Part shown: in pieces, positions 56,945 to 64,000 of the stretch
Layout of the letters: every line of letters starts with the position of its first letter
How positions within the stretch are numbered: position 1 is the first letter of the stretch
Assembly: GCA_047601445.1 (NCBI GenBank)
Contig: JASGJH010000001.1
Coordinates: 6,016,001 to 6,080,000 of the forward strand
Length of the DNA stretch: 64,000 nt
Origin: Myxococcales bacterium
GTDB taxonomy: Bacteria; Myxococcota_A; Polyangia; Polyangiales; DASUME01
Direction: 5' to 3'
Translations under genes and position numbers: made by a program
The notes under the pieces: generated by a model
The model's database searches: none
Seen by the model: the letters and a program-made list of their open reading frames with translations, nothing else
Told to the model about the DNA's origin: nothing

Positions 56945-59596
56945 ATGCAATCGTGTTGCAAGAAGCCAGCGCTCGCGTGGTCCCTGGCGCTGCTGCTGTC
57001 CGGACTCGCGCCACGCGTGGGGTTGGCGCAGCCAGTCGGTGAAACGCCCGCAGGCGAAGGCGCGCCGAGCAACCCGCCACCAAGCCCCACCGATGCGCCC
57101 GCGGCTCCAGCGCCGAGCTCCCCCGCTCCCGGCGCACCGGCCGCGCCCGCGCTGACCCCGCCGCGTGTCGTGCGCAGCGTGCCTCCCGTGTATCCGGTTT
57201 CCCATCTCACACACGGCGAGCATCCCACGGTGGTCCTCAAAGCAACCATCCTGGCCGACGCCAGCGTGGCCGACGTGACGGTGGAGCACTCGGCCGGGGA
57301 GGACTTCGATCAGGCTGCCATCGAGGCAGTCCGGCAGTGGACCTTCGAGCCCGCCAGCCGCGAGGGCGTGGCCATCGCCAGCCGGGTCGGCGTGGCCGTG
57401 CATTTCGAGCTGCCCGAGCTGGGCACCTTCGACGTGGTCTCGGTGACCGCGGCCGAGCCCGTCATTCCGCATCCGCACGAAGAGTCTGCGCCCCACGCAT
57501 CCGAGCCCGAACCCGAACCCGAGTTCGGCGCCCACGCCAAGGTGGATCCGATCTTGCGCGACCAGGACCGCGGCAATAGCGACTACCAGCTCGACCGGGC
57601 GGTGCTGAGCGCTGCACCCCACGTGGACGGCGCGGACCTGCTCAAGACGGCCCCGGGCATGGTCGTCACGCGCGTGGAGGGCGATGCCGTGGGCCATCGT
57701 TTGATGCTGCGCGGCTTCGACGCCGATCACGGCCAGGACATCGAGCTCACCCTGGACGGTGTGCCGCTGAACCAGCCCTCCCACATCCACGGGCAGGGCT
57801 ACACCGACCTGGGCTTCGTGATCCCGGAGGTGGTGAAGGAGCTGCGCGTCACGGAGGGCGTCTACGATCCCTGGCAGGGCGATTTCGCGGTGGCCGGTAG
57901 CGCCACCTTCAACCTCGGGGTCGAGCAACGTGGCACGCAGCTCTCCACCAGCTACGGCTCCTTCAACACGTTCCGTGAGCTTGCCGTCTGGGCTCCCAAG
58001 GGGCAGCCCGACGACACCTTTGCGGCCGTGAACTTCCGCAAGACGCACGGCTTCGGCCAGAACCGCGAAGGCGAGAACGGCGGTGCGATCGCGCAGGGCA
58101 GCTTCGGACACGGACCCTTGAAGTTGATCCTGCATGGCTCGGCCTACGCCTCGCGGGCCCGCACGGCCAACGTGTTGCGCCGCGACGACATCGAGTCGGG
58201 CCGAGTGGGCTTCTACGACGTCTATCCCTACGCCACTGCCCAGAGCCAGAACGGCACCGCCTCGCGCGTGCAGCTCTCCGCCAAGCTGCGCTACCTGGGT
58301 CACGCCGGCGAGAACGCGGAGCTCTTGCTCTTCTACGTGTTGAACGACTTTCGCCTGCTCGCCAACTACACGGGCTTCGAAGAGGTCTCGCATTTCAACC
58401 CGCAATGGGCCGGCCGGGGCGACCTGATCGAACAGAACAACACCGACAGCACCGTGGGCACCCGGGCGCGCTACCGCAGCGTGACCTACGCGCCGCATCC
58501 CCAGGCCAAGGGCACGCTGGAGCTCGGTTTCAGCGCACGAGTGGACCAGATCGACCAGAGTCAGAACCTGGTGCAGGCGCCGCAGAACGCCATCTGGGAC
58601 AAGCGCGTGGATGCCAACATCGTCGGGGTCGACATCGGGGGCTACTTCGATCTCGACACGGCGTTCACCAAGTACGTGCGCTTGAAGGGTGGTGTGCGCG
58701 CCGATCTGCTCTCGTATCGCATCGACGACGCGCTGCAGAACTTCATCCCCGCCGACCGACCCGCGAACTTCATCATGGGCTATCGGCGCACGGCCGCGGG
58801 CATCGTGGTGAACCCGCGCGTGGTGCTCGAGGTGGAGCCCATCCAGTCGCTCGTGCTCAGTGCCGCCTACGGTGAGGGCTTTCGCTCTCCACAAATGCTC
58901 CTTCTGGACGAGGGCGAGCCCGCTCCCTTTGCCAAGGTGCACTCCAGTGATCTCGGCGCGCGCGTGGCGCTCGGTCCACGCGAACAGGTGCACCTGCGCG
59001 GCACGGGCTACTACACCGCGCTCAGCCAGGACATCGTATTCGACGTGCGCGAGGGGCGCGCGCAGCCCGTGGGGCCGAGTCAGCGCATGGGCATGGTGCT
59101 GTACGCCGATGCGCGTCCTTGGTCGTGGTTGTTGGCGACGGCCAGCGTCACCTACGTGCACGCGACCTTGTCTGGGCCACCGCCACGCACCGCCTTCGAC
59201 CCGAATCCACCGCTGCGTAAGGGCGATCTCTTGCCCTACGTACCACCCTGGGTGCTGCGCCTCGACAGCCACGCAGAGCACGCGCTCACCGACATCAAGG
59301 GGGCGCCTCTCGTGGGCCGCGCCAGCCTGGGCTTCACTTATTGGGCGCGTCGGCCGCTGCCTTACAGCGAGCGCGCAGCCCCCGTGTCGCTGCTCGACTT
59401 CGCGCTGCGGGCCACCTATCGCCTGGTCTACGTCGATGCTTCCGTGTTCAACCTGATCGGTACCGAGTACGCCGCCATGGAGTTCAGCTACACCTCGAAC
59501 TGGGATCCAAGCGCCATCCCCTCAAGGTTGCCTGCCCGCACCATCCAGGCGGGGGCGCCGCGCACCTTTCTGTTCACGCTGGGGGTCACGCTATGA
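56945..59596 (+). CDS. TonB-dependent receptor with N-terminal TonB C-terminal domain
   Basis: Signal, Pro-rich linker, FDQAAIEAVRQWTFEPA (TonB_C), plug LRGFDADHG...SHIHGQGYTD, C-terminal GAPRTFLFTLGVTL; start uncertain. Confidence 0.9.
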   Translation: MQSCCKKPALAWSLALLLSGLAPRVGLAQPVGETPAGEGAPSNPPPSPTDAPAAPAPSSPAPGAPAAPALTPPRVVRSVPPVYPVSHLTHGEHPTVVLKATILADASVADVTVEHSAGEDFDQAAIEAVRQWTFEPASREGVAIASRVGVAVHFELPELGTFDVVSVTAAEPVIPHPHEESAPHASEPEPEPEFGAHAKVDPILRDQDRGNSDYQLDRAVLSAAPHVDGADLLKTAPGMVVTRVEGDAVGHRLMLRGFDADHGQDIELTLDGVPLNQPSHIHGQGYTDLGFVIPEVVKELRVTEGVYDPWQGDFAVAGSATFNLGVEQRGTQLSTSYGSFNTFRELAVWAPKGQPDDTFAAVNFRKTHGFGQNREGENGGAIAQGSFGHGPLKLILHGSAYASRARTANVLRRDDIESGRVGFYDVYPYATAQSQNGTASRVQLSAKLRYLGHAGENAELLLFYVLNDFRLLANYTGFEEVSHFNPQWAGRGDLIEQNNTDSTVGTRARYRSVTYAPHPQAKGTLELGFSARVDQIDQSQNLVQAPQNAIWDKRVDANIVGVDIGGYFDLDTAFTKYVRLKGGVRADLLSYRIDDALQNFIPADRPANFIMGYRRTAAGIVVNPRVVLEVEPIQSLVLSAAYGEGFRSPQMLLLDEGEPAPFAKVHSSDLGARVALGPREQVHLRGTGYYTALSQDIVFDVREGRAQPVGPSQRMGMVLYADARPWSWLLATASVTYVHATLSGPPPRTAFDPNPPLRKGDLLPYVPPWVLRLDSHAEHALTDIKGAPLVGRASLGFTYWARRPLPYSERAAPVSLLDFALRATYRLVYVDASVFNLIGTEYAAMEFSYTSNWDPSAIPSRLPARTIQAGAPRTFLFTLGVTL
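56946..56960. promoter_or_regulatory. Candidate Fur/Zur-family operator 2
   Basis: Palindrome TGCAA-TCGTG-TTGCA overlapping the putative receptor start. Confidence 0.55.
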
Positions 59597-60300
59597 GCCG
59601 CCTGCTTGCGATCTGCGCGTTGGCTTGTGGCTTGAGCAGCGCGTGCGGGGAAACCGGGCAAGAGCGCATCGAGCTCGATCTCGCCGTGCGCGGTACGAGT
59701 GCCACCTCCCTCGAGAGCGACGGCGCGGTGTTCGTGCTGGAGCGCGCCGACGTGGCGGTGGGGCCGCTCTATTTTTGCGCCTCGGAAGGAGCCGACGTGG
59801 AGCTCTGCGAGACTGCACTGGCCCAACTCACCCAGGTGATCAGCATCAACGGCCTCGCACCCCAAGTGGAGCTTCCCGCCAAGCTCCAGGGCACTACAGG
59901 CGAGGTGCGCTCGGCCCTCTACGACTACGGCATCAGCTGGTTCCTCACGGAGACGGCGCCTGCTCCCGCCGGGGACCCGCAGCACAGCGCGGTGCTCGAG
60001 GGCAGGGTCGCGCGGGACGGGCGGGAACTGAGGTTTTCGGCCCTCGTCGACGTGGTGCCGCTCACCGTAGGGGGCTCGGCGGTGCACGGGCAGCACACGC
60101 GTCACGAGCTCTCCAACGGCGATCTACTCACCATCGCAGTGGACCCCTACGCGTGGTTGCGCCCGGTGGACGTCGACGCGCTGTTCGCGCTCGACTCCGA
60201 GGGCACGGGCAGCGTGATCATCGAACCCGGTAGCCAGGCCTACGAGGCGATCCTGCAGAGCATGCAGAATCGCGCGCCGATCCAGTTCGCGTGGGAGTAG
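59593..60300 (+). CDS. Lipoprotein coupled to the TonB-dependent receptor
   Basis: ATG 59593 overlaps the receptor stop; lipobox LSSACG; GPLYFC...LC and HSA motifs. Confidence 0.78.
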   Translation: MSRLLAICALACGLSSACGETGQERIELDLAVRGTSATSLESDGAVFVLERADVAVGPLYFCASEGADVELCETALAQLTQVISINGLAPQVELPAKLQGTTGEVRSALYDYGISWFLTETAPAPAGDPQHSAVLEGRVARDGRELRFSALVDVVPLTVGGSAVHGQHTRHELSNGDLLTIAVDPYAWLRPVDVDALFALDSEGTGSVIIEPGSQAYEAILQSMQNRAPIQFAWE

Positions 60301-60388
60301 GGCCTAGCAGTTCCCACACCATGTCGTACGCGATCTTTCGGAGAGTCGGGCACGGGCACGTGGAGGTCAGGGGTGGGACTGGATACGG

Positions 60389-60835
60389 TTAGGCACAGGC
60401 GTCGCACTGCCCTCGGATCTGAATCTCCAAATCCCCGCCCTTGCGCAGCGCGCTGGGGGCTCCGCGCAGGGCCTTGATGGCGATGCTGCCCGAGGGGAGA
60501 CACGAGACCTTGCCGCAGTCGGTGCACACGAAGTGCGGGTGTTGCTCGCTGTCGTGGGCGTTGCTCGAGCCGCCAGCCAGCTCGAAGCGCCAAATGTGGC
60601 CCACGTCACTGCGACGCAGGATGCCCGCCTCGGCCAGGTCGACCAAATTGCGGTAGACCGTGGTGCGATCGAGGCCCTGCTGCTCCAGCCGCGCCGCCAC
60701 GTCGGCGTGGCTGAGTGGGGTATCGGCGCCGCGCAGCACATTGATGACGGCGGTGCGAGACGAAGTCACGCGCAGTCCTGCGGTCTTGAGGAGCTCGCGG
60801 GTCTGCTCGCGGTCGTCCTTCTTCGCGCCTTTCAT
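60389..60835 (-). CDS. Fur-family metalloregulator (Zur-like)
   Basis: GLRVTSSR, TVYRNL, HPHFVCTDCG, C-terminal CDAC. Confidence 0.92.
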   Translation of the reverse strand: MKGAKKDDREQTRELLKTAGLRVTSSRTAVINVLRGADTPLSHADVAARLEQQGLDRTTVYRNLVDLAEAGILRRSDVGHIWRFELAGGSSNAHDSEQHPHFVCTDCGKVSCLPSGSIAIKALRGAPSALRKGGDLEIQIRGQCDACA

Positions 60836-61025
60836 GGGGCTGACGCTACCTCAGGGTCCAGCTCCGGACAACTGCGTGTGGGCTCGCGCCAGTAGCCCTG
60901 TTTACCCAGCGCCCCGCTCGCCAGTGAGCTCACCGTGTTCCTGGGCCTTCCATCTCGAAGCACGACCGTGCGAATAGGAATCTTGGCGCGTATCATTGGT
61001 CGCCGCGAAGGAGTCGTAACGAAGT

Positions 61026-61967
61026 ATGTCCAAGGCGCAGGTGAACGGGATTGAGCTTGCCTATGAGACGTTTGGCAAGGGCGAGCCGGTGATTCTCATC
61101 ATGGGCATCGGGGGCCAGATGGTGTTCTGGGACGAGGCGTTCTGCCATGACCTCGCGGCGCGCGGCTTCCAGGTCACGCGCTTCGACAACCGGGACGTGG
61201 GGCACTCCACGCGGCTCGAGCACCTGGGCGTGCAATCCCTGAACGACGTGATCAAGCAGCGCCTGCTCGGTGGGAACGTTCGCGCCGGCTATTCGCTCGA
61301 CGACATGGCCAAGGATACCGCGGGCCTGATCGAGGCGCTCGGCCACACGTCGGCCCACGTCATCGGCATGTCCCTGGGCGGGATGGTCGCGCAGTGCCTG
61401 GCGATCAATCATCCGGAACGCGTGCGCTCGCTGAACTTGATCATGACCACGCCGGGCGAGCTCTGGGCCAACGTCCCCACCTACCGCGCCTATAGCGCGT
61501 TGACGGGCAAGCCAGGTCGCACGCGCGAGGCCGTGATCGCGCGCCAGGTCGACGTGTTCAAGAAGATCGGCGGCTCGCGCCATGGTTCGCCAGCCAGCCT
61601 GGTCAGCAAGATGGCCGGCCTGCATTTCGACCGCGGGACCTATCCCAAGGGTTTCATGCGCCAGTTCGCGGCGGTGCTCTCGGCACCCGGACGCCTGCCG
61701 CGCTTGACGCGCGTGCGCATTCCGACCCTGGTGGTGCACGGCTCCGAGGATCCGTTGGTGCGTCCGCTGGGCGGCCGCTTGCTGGCGGCCGCGATCCCCG
61801 GGGCCCAGCTGTGCATGGTGCAAGGCATGGGGCACGATTTGGGGCCCAGTATTTGGCCCTTTTTCATCGAACGCTTCGTGGAGAACAGCAAGCGCAAGGT
61901 CTCCGATCTGCCGAGCAGCCCCTCACTCAAGCCGCTGATCGCACCGCCCATCTCCGTGCCCGGCTGA
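61026..61967 (+). CDS. Alpha/beta hydrolase
   Basis: FDNRDVG, GMSLGG (GxSxG), HGSED, GMGHD; AAGGAG RBS. Confidence 0.92.
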   Translation: MSKAQVNGIELAYETFGKGEPVILIMGIGGQMVFWDEAFCHDLAARGFQVTRFDNRDVGHSTRLEHLGVQSLNDVIKQRLLGGNVRAGYSLDDMAKDTAGLIEALGHTSAHVIGMSLGGMVAQCLAINHPERVRSLNLIMTTPGELWANVPTYRAYSALTGKPGRTREAVIARQVDVFKKIGGSRHGSPASLVSKMAGLHFDRGTYPKGFMRQFAAVLSAPGRLPRLTRVRIPTLVVHGSEDPLVRPLGGRLLAAAIPGAQLCMVQGMGHDLGPSIWPFFIERFVENSKRKVSDLPSSPSLKPLIAPPISVPG

Positions 61968-62054
61968 GCAGCCCGAGGTCAGATCAGCGCTCGAGTAGAG
62001 GCCGATTCGCTCTCACGGCTTGCAAGGCAGCCTCGGGTGGGCTTCGCTCACGAC

Positions 62055-63785
62055 ATGACCTCGCTGCTCCGTGGCTCGCTCCTTCGCCTTGCGTGCGCGC
62101 TGTTTTTGCTGCTGTTCGGCCTTTCCTGGTCGCCCCTCGTAACGCACTCAGCAGACGGACCGACGTATGCCGAATACGCGGTGGCCGCCGACAACGTGCA
62201 GGCCTCCGAGGCTGGCGCCAGTATTCTGGCGGCCGGTGGCAACGCGGCCGATGCGGCGGCTGCGACGATGCTCGCGCTGGGTGTGGCCAGTCCCAGCTCG
62301 AGTGGGCTCGGCGGCGGTGGCTTCGCACTCTATTACCGCGCTTCGGACAAGTCCCTCAGCTTCCTCGATTTCCGCGAACGAGCTCCGCGCGGCGCCACGC
62401 CGGACATGTACAAGCGCGGCCCGAACGAGACCCAAGAAGCCGCCGACGAGCGTTCGCGCGTGGGAGGCCTCGCGGTGGCCGTGCCCGGGGAGCCGCTCGG
62501 GGTGGCCGAGTTGGTGGCGCGCTTCGGCAAGCTGCCCTTGAAGACCGTGGTGGAGCCCGCCCGCAAACTGGCTCAGGACGGCTTCAATCTCAGTGCCCAC
62601 ACGCTGCGCATCCTCGGCTTCGTGGGCAAAGAATTCCTGCGCGATCCGCTGGCCGCCAAGCTCTACGGTGGCTCCCCGGCCGTCGGCACCGCGCTGAAGA
62701 ACCCGGCACTCGCCAAGACGCTCGAGCTGTTGGGAAGCCAGGGCGCGCAACCCTTTTATCGCGGCGCCATCGCGCGCCAGATCGTGGCGGCCGTGCGCAG
62801 CCACGGTGGCGTGATGACGGCCCAGGACCTGCTCGACTACAAGACCGTCGATCGTAAGCCCCTGCTCGGCACACGCTTCGGCTACGACTTCGCCACCGCA
62901 CCGCCGCCGAGCGCCGGGGGGTACACGATCCTCACCAGCATGGCCCTGCTCGAGCGCTGGCTCCCCACCAAGGCCCACTGGCAGGGGCCTGAGCGCTATC
63001 ACGCGTTGATTGAGTCCTGGAAGGGCCCCTACCTCGATCGCCAGAGTTACCTGGGCGATCCGGACGCGGTGGCACTCCCGCTCGAGGCGCTCTCCGCGCC
63101 CGAACGCCTGACCGAACGCGCGAGCCGCTACCACCCCTTGCTCGCCGCGCCGGTCGATTCGTACACGCAGCCGTTACCCGCTACTCCCGCGCCCGCGCTA
63201 CAGCCCGACAACAGGGGCACGTCGCACCTGTGCGTGGTCGACGCCGAGGGCAACATCGCCGCGGTCACCACCACGGTGAACCTGCCGTTCGGAGCTCGCA
63301 TCTCGGTGGCCGGCATGTGGCTCAACGACGAGATGGACGACTTCGCCAGCGAGGTGGGCGAGCAGAACGCCTTCGGCTTGAGCGGCGGCGCGCCCAACCT
63401 GCCCGGTCCAGGCAAACGCCCGGTCTCGAGTATGACGCCCACCATTGTGTTCAAAGATGGCACGCCTATCCTGTGCGTTGGGGGCAGCGGCGGCAGCCGT
63501 ATCGTTACCGCCGTGCAGCAGGTGGCCCTGGGGATCTTGATCGACGGGCTCCATCCCGCGCGCGCCGTGGTCGCCCCACGCCTTCACCACCAGGCCGTGC
63601 CGGCCCACGTGGACGCGCGTGACCTGCCTCAGGCGACCTTCGACGAACTCGTGAAGCGCGGGCACGCGATGCGGCCGATGGGCTTCTCCGCGCACGTCCA
63701 GGCCATCGCGATCGGCGCGCCAGGACCCGAGCGTCTCAAGGCCGCCAGCGACCCGCAAAAAGGCGGCGAACCGCGCGGGAAGTAA
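62055..63785 (+). CDS. ggt: Gamma-glutamyltransferase
   Basis: GGNAADAA, SGLGGGGF, DFRERAP, GTSHLCVVD (catalytic Thr), LNDEMDDF, KRPVSSMTP, GGSGGSRI. Confidence 0.94.
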   Translation: MTSLLRGSLLRLACALFLLLFGLSWSPLVTHSADGPTYAEYAVAADNVQASEAGASILAAGGNAADAAAATMLALGVASPSSSGLGGGGFALYYRASDKSLSFLDFRERAPRGATPDMYKRGPNETQEAADERSRVGGLAVAVPGEPLGVAELVARFGKLPLKTVVEPARKLAQDGFNLSAHTLRILGFVGKEFLRDPLAAKLYGGSPAVGTALKNPALAKTLELLGSQGAQPFYRGAIARQIVAAVRSHGGVMTAQDLLDYKTVDRKPLLGTRFGYDFATAPPPSAGGYTILTSMALLERWLPTKAHWQGPERYHALIESWKGPYLDRQSYLGDPDAVALPLEALSAPERLTERASRYHPLLAAPVDSYTQPLPATPAPALQPDNRGTSHLCVVDAEGNIAAVTTTVNLPFGARISVAGMWLNDEMDDFASEVGEQNAFGLSGGAPNLPGPGKRPVSSMTPTIVFKDGTPILCVGGSGGSRIVTAVQQVALGILIDGLHPARAVVAPRLHHQAVPAHVDARDLPQATFDELVKRGHAMRPMGFSAHVQAIAIGAPGPERLKAASDPQKGGEPRGK

Positions 63786-63807
63786 GAGCTGGCATTCTGT
63801 TTTCGGG

Positions 63808-63987
63808 GAGGGCACGCGCCCTCCCCGCCCGTCGCGGCAAAGCCGCGTCGGGGCCCACCCCACGGCGAGGTTCGCTGCGCTCACGAATGCGCTCGCAAGT
63901 TCTATCAAGAGGGCACGCGCCCTCCCCGCCCGTCGCGGCAAAGCCGCGTCGGGGCCCACCCCACGGCGAGGTTCGCTGCGCTCACGA
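63808..63987 (+). repeat. Two identical 79-bp REP-like units separated by 22 bp
   Basis: GAGGGCACGCGCCCTCCCCGCCCGTCGCGGCAAAGCCGCGTCGGGGCCCACCCCACGGCGAGGTTCGCTGCGCTCACGA at 63808-63886 and 63909-63987; internal hairpins. Confidence 0.9.
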
Positions 63988-64000
63988 CGTGGCTTGATTG

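Noticed and set aside
63808..63987. CRISPR array
   Set aside because: The unit is 79 bp with one 22-bp gap, only two tandem copies, and no cas genes; a dispersed third copy fits a REP-like element.

Overview
High-GC bacterial chromosomal window with a gene content typical of Myxococcota, probably Polyangiales (inferred from many hybrid kinases, TPR/Pro-rich proteins, a TonB_C-fused TonB-dependent receptor and a large Cys-rich FG-GAP lipoprotein). About 50 CDSs are supportable, including recQ (partial, absent from the ORF track), nadB, metK, fabG, yebC, rmlBACD and ggt. No rRNA, tRNA, CRISPR array or transposase was seen. Main points: (1) a Phc-like quorum-sensing locus at 11.7-21.9 kb, with a PilZ-fused PhcB-like methyltransferase, a diiron-motif enzyme, a PhcS-like membrane hybrid kinase, a divergent PhcR-like REC-kinase and nearby fatty-acyl reductases; (2) a lasso-peptide cluster at 47.9-51.5 kb (RRE, cyclase, precursor with a predicted 34-aa Trp1 core and its own sigma54 promoter, HPr-like kinase, no B2 peptidase), divergent from the rhamnose operon; (3) a DnaA-box cluster with an AT-rich core at about 32.4-32.5 kb and no dnaA in the window; (4) a Zur-like metal-uptake locus with two TGCAA-N5-TTRCA boxes; (5) a one-base frameshift fusing rmlC to rmlD; (6) a 79-bp REP-like element in three copies and other intergenic palindromes; (7) a candidate sRNA or small-ORF transcript at 9.3-9.7 kb. 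Family assignments rest on motif recognition by eye, not on database searches.
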